DNA of 64,000 nucleotides. It comes from a bacterium (GTDB lineage: Bacteria > Patescibacteriota > Dojkabacteria > JAKAPS01 > JAJZLI01). The stretch spans positions 4,918 through 68,917 of the forward strand of contig JAJYWX010000007.1 in assembly GCA_021791275.1 (NCBI GenBank), read 5' to 3'. The notes beneath the pieces were generated by a model. That model saw nothing but the letters and a program-made list of their open reading frames with translations. It was not told the origin of the DNA and made no database searches. This document shows positions 27,362-38,399 of the stretch, piece after piece (positions within the stretch are counted from its first letter, which is position 1; each line of letters begins with the position of its first letter). A program made the translations under genes and the position numbers.

Positions 27362-28225
27362 CTATAAGCTTAGCATAAATAAAGTTAATCCTAGTTCTAA
27401 TTCAAATTTTCCTTCGTTAGAAAGAGAGTAAAGGTTTATAAGTTTGTGATATATATTTTTAAGTTTTTGATTATCATATCTATTCTTTTTTACTTTTCCC
27501 ACCCCATATTCCGATATATTTATTTTAAAGGGAGGTTTCTTTAATCTTTCGGAGATAGTTTTATCACTATTAAATATAAGTTCATTTATAAATATTATAA
27601 TTTGTATTTGCCTTATTATCATGGATATTATTACCCTTGCATCTTCACCCCTACCTTTTAACGATTCAAAATGTATAAACATATCTTTTTTATTGTTACT
27701 ATTTATACTTCCCATTAAATCCCAGATAACTGTATTATTATTTTTAGTTATTATATTTTGTATTAAATCATCAGAATCATCTATAATTTTTTTTGGATAT
27801 ATATAATTTACTATTTTTATAAATTCATTTCTTATGGTTACTCTATCTTTTTCAAAATTTGCTCTTAAATAATTTATAATTTTATAATTTTCCTTTATAC
27901 CATACTCTTGAAATAAAGATTTTATATATAAAGTTATATCTAAAGCTTTTATTTTTTGACTTTTTATTTTTTTGGATATTTTTTTTGTATGTATATATAT
28001 TATATCTTCAGTTTCAAAATCTGAAATATTTTTTATTATTTTATCAGCATTCCTTATTGCTAGAATTCTCTTATCTCCAAATATATCGGAAGAGTATATT
28101 TCCTCTAATATTTCTTGGAAATCTTTTTCTTCTTCATCAAAAATTATAATTTTTTCTTCTGGGTGAGATTCTTTTATAAAAGATATAAACTCATTATAAT
28201 CTTGAGCATCTATAAATTTTATCAT
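27362..28225 (-). CDS. holA: DNA polymerase III delta subunit-like (HolA), tentative
   Basis: 287 aa, with FGDKRIL and LKGRGEDARVIISMIIRQIQII resembling HolA; weak. Confidence 0.35.
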   Translation of the reverse strand: MIKFIDAQDYNEFISFIKESHPEEKIIIFDEEEKDFQEILEEIYSSDIFGDKRILAIRNADKIIKNISDFETEDIIYIHTKKISKKIKSQKIKALDITLYIKSLFQEYGIKENYKIINYLRANFEKDRVTIRNEFIKIVNYIYPKKIIDDSDDLIQNIITKNNNTVIWDLMGSINSNNKKDMFIHFESLKGRGEDARVIISMIIRQIQIIIFINELIFNSDKTISERLKKPPFKINISEYGVGKVKKNRYDNQKLKNIYHKLINLYSLSNEGKFELELGLTLFMLSL

Positions 28226-28863
28226 TTTTTATACTCTCTATAAGAAACTATTACTATTGATAATAAAAATCCAGATAGTCCAAATAATATTAAATCTAAA
28301 GTCTTTGATGGGAGTATTTCACTGTTTGTTATTTGGCTTGGATTATATTTTACAAAATAAGTTCTTATACATGTTGGTACTATAGTTAATTTTTTATTAC
28401 TTTTATCTATATTTAATGCTTGATTTTGGGATTTAACACAGTCCTTATACTCTCCGTTAATTATTTTTTGTAAATATTTCCTTGTACTTCCATTATATAT
28501 ACTTTTCTGATATGCCATAACCCAATCATTTGAAAGGTTTTGGTTAGTTGTTGTTATTTGCAAAGATACAATATTATTTGATACCTGTATAGATCTTACA
28601 TTTGCTCTGAATCCTGAGAGCTGGGAGGAGGTATATTTTGTTTGACCTTTAAAATATTTATATGCTTTGTTTATAGCATAATTTGTTTGTAGGTAGCCTG
28701 TAAGATCAGGGGCATCATTTGTATATATTTGAGTAGAGCTTACATATTTTGTTGGGGTTATTTTCGCATATATAAATCCTAATACTGCAAAAACCAATGT
28801 TATAATTATTATTAAAACAATATTATTTTTTAAAACTTTAATATAATCTTTTAAATCTATCAT
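28222..28863 (-). CDS. Hypothetical bitopic membrane protein (N- and C-terminal TM segments)
   Basis: 213 aa, with a topology reminiscent of Wzz-like proteins; no firm motif. Confidence 0.3.
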   Translation of the reverse strand: MIDLKDYIKVLKNNIVLIIIITLVFAVLGFIYAKITPTKYVSSTQIYTNDAPDLTGYLQTNYAINKAYKYFKGQTKYTSSQLSGFRANVRSIQVSNNIVSLQITTTNQNLSNDWVMAYQKSIYNGSTRKYLQKIINGEYKDCVKSQNQALNIDKSNKKLTIVPTCIRTYFVKYNPSQITNSEILPSKTLDLILFGLSGFLLSIVIVSYREYKK

Positions 28864-29267
28864 AATAATTTATTGGCGTCTAAAATTAAATTAACCATTT
28901 TATCTGCAAACTTATTCTCTTCTCTTGGAACATGTGTAAATTCAATTTTATCAAAATGTTTTGAAAGAGAATAAATATCACCTAATATTTTTTTCAGATT
29001 TTCATCTTTTATCTTATATTCTTGATTAATTTGTTTTATTAAAAGTTGGCTATCACTAAAACAAGATAAATTTTTTATTTCATGCTTTAGTGCAAGAGAT
29101 ATACCCTTTAGCATTGCACTAAATTCTGCCTGATTATTTGTTTTTATTCCAAGATATTTCCCTTCAAAATCTAGTAGTTTCCCATTTTTAAATAGAAATA
29201 CTCCATAAGATGCCTTTCCTGGATTGCCTCTGGATCCTGCGTCAGTGTATAGTGAATATTCGTTCAT
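28860..29267 (-). CDS. rnhA: Ribonuclease HI
   Basis: YTDAGSRGNPG (DxxG), the conserved Glu, SDSQLLI, and HVPREENKFADK C-terminal block. Confidence 0.8.
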   Translation of the reverse strand: MNEYSLYTDAGSRGNPGKASYGVFLFKNGKLLDFEGKYLGIKTNNQAEFSAMLKGISLALKHEIKNLSCFSDSQLLIKQINQEYKIKDENLKKILGDIYSLSKHFDKIEFTHVPREENKFADKMVNLILDANKLL

Positions 29268-29353
29268 AATTAATGATTATATATTCTAAAGGGTATATAA
29301 ATCAAATATTTGCTAAGTTGTAGATTTTTTTTATTTTATATATACTAAATTTA

Positions 29354-30316
29354 ATGGATAATTCATTTTCTATATTTAAAGTAGCAGTGGTATTTGCTTT
29401 GTTTGCTATTTTAGGCTATTTCATGGCATCCTTTATTACATCTTCATTCACCCTAGTATTCTTCATATGGATAGTGTTCACTTTAATAGTGCTTTTTCTA
29501 TATCTTTCTTTTTATGAGATTTTAGAAAGTATTAATAAAAAATTTAAAAGTATAAAAAGTTCCCAAGATAAGGAAGATAAAATATTAAAAAATGATACTA
29601 ATATTAGCTCTAATAGTGCTAGTTTGGATACAACTGATTTTGTTTCCATAACTGCACATGAGATAAAAACTCCTGTATCTGTTATTAAAGGTTATACAGA
29701 CTTACTACTTTCAGATAAAGATATTTCTAAAGGTGTTAGTTCTGAGGCTAAAGAGTATATAAAAAGAATTGAAAGCTCTTCTAGTCAAATATTTTCACTT
29801 GTAGAAAATCTTTTAAATATAACTAAAATTGAAAACGGGCAAATGTCTCTTAATTTTGAAAAGTTTGATATTAATGATTTAATAGAAGAAGTATTAGATA
29901 ATATGGAAAATGAAGCTTCTTTGAAAAAGATTAAAATTTCATTTAGTGCAAATAAGGATTTGCCACAAGTAATTGCAGATAGAATGAAGATAGAAGAAGT
30001 TTTAAATAATTTTCTAAGTAATGCAATTAACTATACCCCTGAAAAAGGAGAGGTGAATATTTCTGCAATTTCAGATGAAAAATTTGTTACAGTTTTTGTA
30101 AAAGATACAGGGATAGGCATCTCTTATAATGATCAAAAAAAGATATTCTCTAAATTCTACAGAGGAGATGCTGTGAATGTAAAAAAAGTTGGAGGTAATG
30201 GTTTGGGGTTATATATATCATCTAAAATAATAGATATGCATAAAGGGAAGATTTCTGTTGAAAGTGAAGAAAATAATGGATCAACCTTTTCATTTTCTTT
30301 GCCAATTAATATATAA
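29354..30316 (+). CDS. Sensor histidine kinase
   Basis: Two TM segments; H-box ITAHEIKTPVSVIKGY; N-box NFLSNAINYT; DTGIGIS; GNGLGLYIS. Confidence 0.8.
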   Translation: MDNSFSIFKVAVVFALFAILGYFMASFITSSFTLVFFIWIVFTLIVLFLYLSFYEILESINKKFKSIKSSQDKEDKILKNDTNISSNSASLDTTDFVSITAHEIKTPVSVIKGYTDLLLSDKDISKGVSSEAKEYIKRIESSSSQIFSLVENLLNITKIENGQMSLNFEKFDINDLIEEVLDNMENEASLKKIKISFSANKDLPQVIADRMKIEEVLNNFLSNAINYTPEKGEVNISAISDEKFVTVFVKDTGIGISYNDQKKIFSKFYRGDAVNVKKVGGNGLGLYISSKIIDMHKGKISVESEENNGSTFSFSLPINI

Positions 30317-30328
30317 TATATAGACTAT

Positions 30329-30736
30329 ATGGATAATAATAAAAACATATTAATAGTTGAAGATGATTTATTTTTACTTGATTTGTACACCCAGTTCTTT
30401 ACACAGAGAGGGTACCATGTGACTTCTGCAAGTGACGGAGAAGAAGGATCAAAAAAGGCATTTGAAGGGAAATTTGACTTTATAATACTTGATATCATGC
30501 TTCCTAAAAAATCTGGGATTGAAGTATTAAAAGATATTAAAGCCCAAGATAGTAGTATAAAATCTGTGCCAGTTTTTATGCTAACATCTGTTGGGTATGA
30601 TGAGATAATAAAAAATGCATTTCAAATTGGTGCAAATGGGTATTTTCTTAAATCAATGATTTTGCCAAAACAAATAATAGATGAGGTGGAATCTTTTATG
30701 GAAAATGAAAATAAGAATCAAAATGTCAATCAATAA
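30329..30736 (+). CDS. Single-domain response regulator (CheY-like receiver only)
   Basis: ILIVEDD acidic pocket, phospho-acceptor D in FIILDIMLP, and conserved Thr/Lys (MLTSV...GANGYFLKS); no output domain. Confidence 0.8.
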   Translation: MDNNKNILIVEDDLFLLDLYTQFFTQRGYHVTSASDGEEGSKKAFEGKFDFIILDIMLPKKSGIEVLKDIKAQDSSIKSVPVFMLTSVGYDEIIKNAFQIGANGYFLKSMILPKQIIDEVESFMENENKNQNVNQ

Positions 30737-30774
30737 TTGTATTAATTAAGATTTTTTAGTATACTCTAAAACCT

Positions 30775-31017
30775 ATGGCAAACTTAAAATCATCTAAAAA
30801 AGATATAAGAAGGACAAAAAGAAGAACATTTTTAAATAATGGATATAGAATTGATTTTGATATCAAAAAAAAGGATTTTTTGAAAAATCCAGATTCAAAA
30901 AAAATTCCTAAATTATTTTCTCTTTTAGACAAAATGTCTAAAAAAAATATCTTCCATAAGAATAAAGCAGCAAGGTTAAAAAGTAAATTTGTAAAAATGA
31001 CTCTTAAGGCAAAATAA
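30775..31017 (+). CDS. rpsT: 30S ribosomal protein S20
   Basis: MANLKSSKKDIRRTKRR... and IFHKNKAARLKSK match the S20 signature. Confidence 0.8.
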   Translation: MANLKSSKKDIRRTKRRTFLNNGYRIDFDIKKKDFLKNPDSKKIPKLFSLLDKMSKKNIFHKNKAARLKSKFVKMTLKAK

Positions 31018-31023
31018 TTTTCA

Positions 31024-32805
31024 ATGGATAAGATAAGGAATTTCTCCATAATTGCTCATGTTGATCATGGAAAGTCTACTCTTTCAGATAAATTGATAGA
31101 ATATACTAAAACAGTAGAAAAAAGGGATTTAAAAGAACAATTTCTAGATAATATGGATCTTGAAAGAGAGAGGGGTATAACCATTAAGCTCCAAACTATT
31201 AGAATGGAGTATGAAGGATATACTCTTAATCTTATAGATACCCCTGGTCATGTAGATTTTTCAGGTGAGGTAGATAGATCCCTAATGGCATCGGAAGGTG
31301 CGATACTTCTTGTTGATGTTATGGGTGGAATTGAATCTCAGACATTAGGTAATTATCTTAAGGCTGTAGATTTATCTATTCCTGTAATTCCAGTTCTCAA
31401 TAAGGTTGATATAGAAGGGGCAGATATAGAAAAAAGTGTTAAGGAAATATCAGAAGTCTTAGGATTTAAAGAAGATGAGATTATTCTTGCCTCTGGTAAA
31501 TCTGGAGAAGGAATTGAAAAGATATTAGATGCAATTATTGAAAAGATACCTTCACCCTCTGGTAATAAGGATTCAGATTTCAGAGGATTTATATTTGATT
31601 CTTTTTTTGATGATTATAGAGGTGTTGTACTTTTAGTTAAGATAGTGGATGGTAAGTTAAAAATATCAGATAAAATATTTTTTTACTCTAATAAAGTAGA
31701 GTTAAGCGTTTTGGATGTAGGATATATAAAAAATGGTTTTATCTCATCTAAAGAAGTTTCTGCTGGAGAAGTAGTATTTATATCTACTGGTCTTAAAAGT
31801 ATTAAAGATGTAGTTATAAAGGATACTCTAATATCAAATATTTCTTCAAAGCCTATTTATGATTTAAAAGATCAAAAGAGTATGGTATTTGCATCTTTAT
31901 ATCCAACTGATTCATCTGAAGTATCTAAATTTAGAGAGGCTATTGAAAAATTATCGATAAATGATGCTTCATTTAATTATATACCAATAAGCAGTCCTGT
32001 TTTGGGTTTTGGATATAGGTGTGGATTTTTAGGTCTTTTACATATGGATATAGTAAAGGAGAGGCTTTCAAGAGAGTACAATATTGATATTTTTGTATCA
32101 TTTCCATCTGTAGAGTATAAGGTGAATCTTAATACAGGAGAAGACATCTTTATCTCTCAGGCGTTAGAGTATCCTGATTTATCCCAAATAAAATCAGTAG
32201 AAGAGCCATATGTAAGATTAGATATAATTTGCCAGAAAGATATATTTGGTAAAGTTATAGATTTTGTAACGGCAAAAAGAGGTGAATTTATAAATTCAGA
32301 ATTTTATAACTCATCTGTAAATGTTGAAAGGGTGATACTGAATTTTGATATACCACTCTCTTCTGTTATTTATAATTTTTTTGATGACCTAAAATCAATT
32401 ACCTCTGGTAGTGCATCTATGGATTATTATTTCATAGATTATAGAAAATCAGATATTAAAAGATTAGATTTTTTGATAAACCATGAAGTTATAGAGCCTT
32501 TATCTTTACTTTTGCATTCTTCAATAATAGAAAAAGAAGCAAGAGATTATGTTGAAAAAATGAAAGAAATAATACCAAGAAAAAATTTTTCTATAGCAAT
32601 ACAGGCTTACTGTGATGGAAAAATTATTGCAAGAGAAGATGTTAAACCTTTTAGAAAAGATGTAACTCAAAAACTTTATGGAGGGGATCCTAGAAGAAGA
32701 ATGAAGCTTTTGGAAAAGCAGAAAAAAGGTAAGAAAAGATCACTTATGTTTGGAGCAGTAGAGATTCCATCAGATCTTTTTATTAAATTATATTCCCGTG
32801 TATAA
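31024..32805 (+). CDS. lepA: Elongation factor 4 (LepA)
   Basis: N-terminus IRNFSIIAHVDHGKSTLSDKL, DTPGHVDF, NKVD; LepA-specific C-terminal domain; 593 aa. Confidence 0.9.
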   Translation: MDKIRNFSIIAHVDHGKSTLSDKLIEYTKTVEKRDLKEQFLDNMDLERERGITIKLQTIRMEYEGYTLNLIDTPGHVDFSGEVDRSLMASEGAILLVDVMGGIESQTLGNYLKAVDLSIPVIPVLNKVDIEGADIEKSVKEISEVLGFKEDEIILASGKSGEGIEKILDAIIEKIPSPSGNKDSDFRGFIFDSFFDDYRGVVLLVKIVDGKLKISDKIFFYSNKVELSVLDVGYIKNGFISSKEVSAGEVVFISTGLKSIKDVVIKDTLISNISSKPIYDLKDQKSMVFASLYPTDSSEVSKFREAIEKLSINDASFNYIPISSPVLGFGYRCGFLGLLHMDIVKERLSREYNIDIFVSFPSVEYKVNLNTGEDIFISQALEYPDLSQIKSVEEPYVRLDIICQKDIFGKVIDFVTAKRGEFINSEFYNSSVNVERVILNFDIPLSSVIYNFFDDLKSITSGSASMDYYFIDYRKSDIKRLDFLINHEVIEPLSLLLHSSIIEKEARDYVEKMKEIIPRKNFSIAIQAYCDGKIIAREDVKPFRKDVTQKLYGGDPRRRMKLLEKQKKGKKRSLMFGAVEIPSDLFIKLYSRV

Positions 32806-34024
32806 GGTCTATAAAACCCTGAAGATTTATATTTGAATCTCTTAACCTATATAGTATAAATGGATTTTGCAAGTTCTGATTAATGATAATTTTTCTATCA
32901 TCTAAAACTCCTCCAACATATCCAAAATATTTTAACCTTTGAATAAGTATATTTTCTTTCGCAATATTGTTGTTTCTAAAGGGAGATCCTGATGGATATG
33001 CTATGAATTGGACTGAGTTTTGAAGCTTTTTTTGTAAAGTTTGTTTTGATATCTGAATTTGGTAATTGATAAGATTAACCGGAAGTGTACCTAGTGCAAG
33101 ATGTGTCACTGTATGAGATTCTATCTCCATACCATTTTCATAAAGTATTTTGATTTGTTTCCATGTCATATATTTATGACTCTTAGATATTTTAGAACCA
33201 ACGAATCCAGTAATTATATTGAAATCTGCTACATCGTGGAATTTTTTGAGTATTGGAAATGCATATAAAAATTGGCTCTCCCTACCATCGTCAAATGTTA
33301 TAATTATTGGTTTCTTAGGGAGTGGAAATCCATAATAATAATATGTATAAAGTCTATTAAGTGTTATTGGTGTGTAGTCGTGTGTTTTTAAATATTCAAG
33401 CTCTTGTTCAAGTACACTTGTTGTTAATGTTAAAGAATAGTCTAGTTTGTACCCATATTCTGAGGAATAATTGGATCTTGGTGGATATGATGGTGCTACT
33501 CTATGTAACATTAATATAGGTAGATTCATTTTTTGAGGTGGATAATTTTTGTAATAAATTATAATAGGTGTATTTATAGAAAATATCCCTACACTTTCCA
33601 ATTTATCATTTTTATTTAATTTAAAAACAAATCTGTGAGAAGAAAAGTATTGAGGAATTCTCTCTTCTTTATTTTGAATGAATTTAAATTGTACATAAAT
33701 GTTGTTTTGAGATGTAAGAGCCAAATTTGAAATTTCTATTTTTAAATTTCCATATTTATTTTTTACAAATGTTTTAAAGGTTTGATAATTGATAAATTTT
33801 TTTCGCTCACTTTGTGATAGATTATCCCAGAATAATTTGTAATTGTGGTATTTTATAATATAGTTGATATCTTTTTCTGCGTATTTTTCACTCTGATTTT
33901 CTTGTAATAATTTGAAAACCATAGCAAAAGATAAAGATCCTAATATCAGTGTTGAAAACGCAATATTGAGCAGTCCTTTTTTTTGCCTCAATATATTTAT
34001 CATACCTTTTATATTATAATACAA
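32783..34024 (-). CDS. Polysaccharide deacetylase (NodB/CE4 family) with N-terminal TM anchor
   Basis: IITFDDGRESQ (TFDDG metal/catalytic motif) and ESHTVTHLAL (His motif). Confidence 0.7.
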   Translation of the reverse strand: MYYNIKGMINILRQKKGLLNIAFSTLILGSLSFAMVFKLLQENQSEKYAEKDINYIIKYHNYKLFWDNLSQSERKKFINYQTFKTFVKNKYGNLKIEISNLALTSQNNIYVQFKFIQNKEERIPQYFSSHRFVFKLNKNDKLESVGIFSINTPIIIYYKNYPPQKMNLPILMLHRVAPSYPPRSNYSSEYGYKLDYSLTLTTSVLEQELEYLKTHDYTPITLNRLYTYYYYGFPLPKKPIIITFDDGRESQFLYAFPILKKFHDVADFNIITGFVGSKISKSHKYMTWKQIKILYENGMEIESHTVTHLALGTLPVNLINYQIQISKQTLQKKLQNSVQFIAYPSGSPFRNNNIAKENILIQRLKYFGYVGGVLDDRKIIINQNLQNPFILYRLRDSNINLQGFIDLIHGNII

Positions 34025-34036
34025 AGTATAAAATAT

Positions 34037-34957
34037 ATGGATACAATAAAAAATTATTTTCTGGCATTAAGGCCAAAACAATGGGTCAAAAATTTACTGG
34101 TGTATGGGTTTTTATTTTTTAATAGAGATTTATATAATTTACACGATTTTTTAATAACAACTTATACTTTCATAATCTTTATATTTGTATCATCTTCTAT
34201 ATATCTTATAAATGATATTGTTGATTATAAAAGAGATAAGCTTCATCCAATAAAGAAATCAAGACCAATAGCTGCAGGTAAAATAGAAAGGACTCCTGCT
34301 CTAATTTTTTCAATAATATTGTTTTTGATAGGGTTTATATGGGCAGCATATTTAAGTGAATATTTGGCATTAATTTATATTATATATTATGTTTTATTTG
34401 TTGTTTATTCAATATATCTTAAGAATATACTCATAATCGATTCACTTACTACAGCATCTGGGTTTGTTCTTCGTGTTCTTGCAGGAGGGGTTGTTATAGC
34501 TTCATTTATTAATTCGTGGTTTGTAATATTTATAATTTGTGCATCTTTGTTTATAGCTTTTGGTAAAAGGAGGGCAGAAATAACAATGATGAGTTTTAAG
34601 AATGCAGTAATTCACAGAGGAGTACTTCTAAAATATCCAAAAGAATTTTTAGACAACTTAATATCTATGAGTGCAGCTGTGACATTTTTATCATATATAC
34701 TTTTTTCATATAACGAAGATATAAATTCAAAGACTCCGACAGTATTATCTTCTGTACTCCCATCTCATTTAAAAAATCCACATTGGGTAAAATTAACTAT
34801 TCCGATAGCATTTTATATTCTTGCAAGATATATGTATAATATATATGTAAAAAAGACGGCTGATACTCCAGAAACCATTTGGATAAAAGATAAATCTCTT
34901 TTAGCATCAATCCTTGTTTATATTCTCGTCAGTTTTATAGTTTTATATGTAGTTTAA
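34037..34957 (+). CDS. UbiA-family prenyltransferase, decaprenyl-phosphate phosphoribosyltransferase-like
   Basis: ALRPKQWVKNLLVY N-terminal block; Asp-rich NDIVDYKRDKLHPIKKSRPIAAG; 8-9 TM segments. The start is taken at the internal Met (MDTIKNYF) to avoid overlap with the upstream gene. Confidence 0.65.
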   Translation: MDTIKNYFLALRPKQWVKNLLVYGFLFFNRDLYNLHDFLITTYTFIIFIFVSSSIYLINDIVDYKRDKLHPIKKSRPIAAGKIERTPALIFSIILFLIGFIWAAYLSEYLALIYIIYYVLFVVYSIYLKNILIIDSLTTASGFVLRVLAGGVVIASFINSWFVIFIICASLFIAFGKRRAEITMMSFKNAVIHRGVLLKYPKEFLDNLISMSAAVTFLSYILFSYNEDINSKTPTVLSSVLPSHLKNPHWVKLTIPIAFYILARYMYNIYVKKTADTPETIWIKDKSLLASILVYILVSFIVLYVV

Positions 34958-34963
34958 TTTTTT

Positions 34964-36823
34964 ATGTTAGATGATTTGAATGATAAACAGAAAGAGGCTG
35001 TATTGGAAAGTATTGATGTGCCTTTATTAATAATAGCTGGTGCAGGGTCTGGAAAGACTAAAACATTAACATATAGAATTATATACCTTATAAAAGAGCT
35101 TAAAATTTCTCCTTTTTCCATATTTGCAGTAACATTTACTAACAAGGCGGCTAATGAAATCAAAGACAGGATAAATATACTTTTAGAAGATAAGATAAAT
35201 TTTCCTTATATGGGTACATTTCATTCAGTTTTTTTATATATTTTAAGAACAGAAGGTTATAAATATGGAATTCCTAAATATTTTAGTATCTTTGATGATG
35301 AAGATCAGAAGAAATTAGTTTCAGATATATTAAAAAGTCAAAATTTATCTTCAAATATAACTCCACAATCGATTTTATCTGGTATATCCAGAGCAAAAAA
35401 TAACTTTATAAAACCAAATAACTACTCACCTGAAAATTTTTATGAGGAGAATGTTTTTAAAGTATATAGTGTTTACGAGAAAAGGTTACAAGAGAATAGT
35501 GCAATGGATTTTGATGATATATTAGTAAAAAGTTTTGAAATAATATCTCAAAATGAAGATCTCTCATCTTATTTAAAATCAAAACTTAAATATATATTAG
35601 TTGATGAATATCAAGATACAAATAGGATACAGTATGAACTTTTAAGGTTAATATCTAAGAATAATGTTTTTTTTGTTGGTGATCCAGATCAAAATATATA
35701 TTCTTGGAGAGGTACAGATATAAGAAATATCCTAAATTTTACTATTGATTATCCCGAAGGAAAAATAATAAAGCTTGAGCAAAATTATAGATCTACTAAG
35801 TTTATATTAAAAGCTTCAGATTCTGTTATATCTCGTAATAGTCTAAGGTATGAAAAAAATCTTTGGACAGAGAATGATATGGGATCTTTAATAAAAATAT
35901 ATCAAGCATATGACGAAGAAGATGAGGCAAGGTATATTTCTCAAAAGATAATAGATTTGGATGAATATACAGACACTGCAGTTTTATATAGAACTAATGC
36001 ACAATCAAGAGCCATTGAAGAGTCATTTCTAAGACATAAGATTCCATATAAGGTTTATGGGGGAATGAAATTCTATCAGAGAAAAGAGATTAAAGATATA
36101 ATTGCATATTTGAGATTTGCACAAAATATTGAAGATACAATTTCTCTTAAAAGAATAATAAATGTACCATCAAGAAAAATAGGTAAGAGTACCTTAGAAA
36201 AAATTGAAAAAGAAGCTTTGAGAAATTCTTTATCTTTAGGCTCTTTTATAATGCTAAACGAAACTGGTATGAATCAAAATGTTAAAAATTTTGTAATGAC
36301 AATAGAAGATTTAAAAAATAACAAAGATAAGATGAATGTATCAGATTTTTTAAAGTATCTAATAAAAAAAATAAAATACATTGACTATCTTAGTTTAGAT
36401 GGGGATGTTGGAATGAGCAGGATTGAAAATGTAGAAGAGTTTGTTGGAGTATCTTCTAAATATACATCTTTAGAAGAGTTTTTATTTGATATATCATTAG
36501 TTCAAAAAGAGGAGATCGATACAGATTTATCAGGGGAGTATGTTACATTAATGAGTTTACACTCTGCGAAAGGATTGGAATTCAAAAATATATTTATTGC
36601 TGGAATGGAGGAGAATATTTTTCCTCATTCAAGGTCCTTTGAGAGTATGGAGGAGCTAGAAGAAGAAAGAAGGCTTTGTTATGTTGGAATGACTAGAGCT
36701 AAAGAAAATTTATTTTTAACTTTTGCTCAGAAAAGGTCTTTGTATGGATACCCTCAAAATAATCCACCCTCAAGGTTTCTTTCTGATATTTCTGAAGATT
36801 GTATAGATTTTGAATATATTTAA
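34964..36823 (+). CDS. UvrD/PcrA-family ATP-dependent DNA helicase (short, 619 aa)
   Basis: Walker A AGAGSGKTKTLTYRI, motif II VDEYQDTN, motif VI-like VGMTRAKENLFLTF. Confidence 0.8.
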   Translation: MLDDLNDKQKEAVLESIDVPLLIIAGAGSGKTKTLTYRIIYLIKELKISPFSIFAVTFTNKAANEIKDRINILLEDKINFPYMGTFHSVFLYILRTEGYKYGIPKYFSIFDDEDQKKLVSDILKSQNLSSNITPQSILSGISRAKNNFIKPNNYSPENFYEENVFKVYSVYEKRLQENSAMDFDDILVKSFEIISQNEDLSSYLKSKLKYILVDEYQDTNRIQYELLRLISKNNVFFVGDPDQNIYSWRGTDIRNILNFTIDYPEGKIIKLEQNYRSTKFILKASDSVISRNSLRYEKNLWTENDMGSLIKIYQAYDEEDEARYISQKIIDLDEYTDTAVLYRTNAQSRAIEESFLRHKIPYKVYGGMKFYQRKEIKDIIAYLRFAQNIEDTISLKRIINVPSRKIGKSTLEKIEKEALRNSLSLGSFIMLNETGMNQNVKNFVMTIEDLKNNKDKMNVSDFLKYLIKKIKYIDYLSLDGDVGMSRIENVEEFVGVSSKYTSLEEFLFDISLVQKEEIDTDLSGEYVTLMSLHSAKGLEFKNIFIAGMEENIFPHSRSFESMEELEEERRLCYVGMTRAKENLFLTFAQKRSLYGYPQNNPPSRFLSDISEDCIDFEYI

Positions 36824-36826
36824 AAA

Positions 36827-37234
36827 TTATTTGATAGGGGTATTAACTGCCTTGTATGAGTTAACATAGTTTTTAGTTATATTACCAAGAGAGTAGGGAT
36901 TATTATTAGTTTTTCCTATGCTAAAAAGTCCTGCTAGTGAATAGACTATCAATATTATTTCTATAATATTTAGTGCAATACAAATAAATCCATTTAAATA
37001 ATCTTCATCATCTGTAATTTTTTTTATTCCTATTACAAATCCATATATTGGAAGAAAAAAACTTTTTAAATAATCATAAAATAAATTTAATTTTTCCAGT
37101 CCATGTCCTTTATTACTATTTTCAGCTTCCATAGCTTCAAATAGCTCTCTTGTAAGTTTAGCCTTTTGTTCTGGTGAAAGATTGGAGTCCTTGATAGCTC
37201 CTATTCCAGAATTTTTAACATCTTCTTCCATCAC
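36827..37234 (-). CDS. Hypothetical membrane protein
   Basis: 135 aa, two TM segments. Confidence 0.3.
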   Translation of the reverse strand: MMEEDVKNSGIGAIKDSNLSPEQKAKLTRELFEAMEAENSNKGHGLEKLNLFYDYLKSFFLPIYGFVIGIKKITDDEDYLNGFICIALNIIEIILIVYSLAGLFSIGKTNNNPYSLGNITKNYVNSYKAVNTPIK

Positions 37235-38325
37235 AATTTATTTATATCATGGAAATTACTTTCTGTTAAGCCTGCATTTGTAATCTTTATAAAATGAGCA
37301 TTTTTCCTTAAAGACTCTATATCTTTTGAATTAGTATAACTTAAACCTGACCTTATTCCTCCACAAAGATTTGTTAATATATCTTTTATACTTCCCTCAA
37401 TTTTTACCAATCCTTCAACTCCTTCTGGTGATATTTTATCCGAATCGTTCCTTTTATCAATTTTAAATCTTTTTTTCATCTCATATAAAGATGCCTCTCC
37501 TCTATAATATTTATATTTTTCTTTATTTATTGTTAATATTTCACCTGGAGCTTCTATACTTCTTGCAAATATGTTTCCAATCATTACAGATGATGCGCCT
37601 AATGCCAAGGCTTTGGTTATATCCCCTGAATATCTCACTCCTCCGTCTGCTATTATTGGTATTCCAGATTTTTTAAGAACAGAATATACCTTATTTATTG
37701 CACTTGCCTGAGGAACTCCTACCCCTGTAACTATTCTTGTAGTACATATTGATCCTGGTCCTATTCCAACTTTAACTGCATCCACATCTAATTCCAAAAA
37801 ATCTTGAGCTGCTTTCTCAGTTGCCATGTTTCCAACAATAAGTTCAATATCATTTTTGTAAGTTTTTTTAATATTTTTTACAACATTTATAACTGATTCG
37901 GAGTGAGCGTGAGCTACATCTACTATTATGAAATTAGCTCCTGAGAGTAAAAGTTTTTCTATATTTGGTATAGGGTTCTCCCTTATACCCACAGATGCAC
38001 CAACTAGAAGTCTCCCATTACTATCTTTAGAAGCTTTAGGGTGTTGGATATTGTCAAATTGAAAATTTTTTACTTTTTTTAACTCTTCTATTTGCTCTTC
38101 AATAGTTGAAACTCTGTGTAGTGCGCCAACGGCTCCGTAAAGAGCCATATTTATAGCAACTTCCGAGTTTGTTACGGAATCCATATTAGCACTTATTATT
38201 GGACACTCTATTCTTATATTCTTTGTAAGATTTGTGGATATATTTGTATCGCTTCTTGATTTAATTTTAGATCTTAAAGGTAAGAGAAGTAAATCATCAT
38301 AGGTTAATGCTTCTTCAATTATCAT
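37231..38325 (-). CDS. IMP dehydrogenase/GMP reductase-family protein lacking the CBS subdomain
   Basis: ISANMDSVT, catalytic loop [36 protein letters not shown]; 364 aa with no CBS pair insertion. Confidence 0.75.
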   Translation of the reverse strand: MIIEEALTYDDLLLLPLRSKIKSRSDTNISTNLTKNIRIECPIISANMDSVTNSEVAINMALYGAVGALHRVSTIEEQIEELKKVKNFQFDNIQHPKASKDSNGRLLVGASVGIRENPIPNIEKLLLSGANFIIVDVAHAHSESVINVVKNIKKTYKNDIELIVGNMATEKAAQDFLELDVDAVKVGIGPGSICTTRIVTGVGVPQASAINKVYSVLKKSGIPIIADGGVRYSGDITKALALGASSVMIGNIFARSIEAPGEILTINKEKYKYYRGEASLYEMKKRFKIDKRNDSDKISPEGVEGLVKIEGSIKDILTNLCGGIRSGLSYTNSKDIESLRKNAHFIKITNAGLTESNFHDINKL

Positions 38326-38399
38326 AATTGATTTTTTAAAAAATAAACCAATAGGTATTATATACTATTTGAAATTAAAAAGTATAGAGGATTTTTTAT

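Noticed and set aside
33983-34036. Upstream extension of the UbiA-family gene (MPQYIYHTFYIIIQSIKY...)
   Set aside because: It overlaps the upstream deacetylase gene. The conserved N-terminal block starts at the internal Met (MDTIKNYFLALRPKQWVKN), so the start was moved to 34037.
38326-38399. Near-palindrome CAATAGGTAT...ATACTATTTG upstream of nfu as an Rrf2/IscR operator
   Set aside because: The two arms are not truly complementary (ATACCTATT versus ATACTATTT) and do not match the IscR type-1/2 consensus well enough to call.
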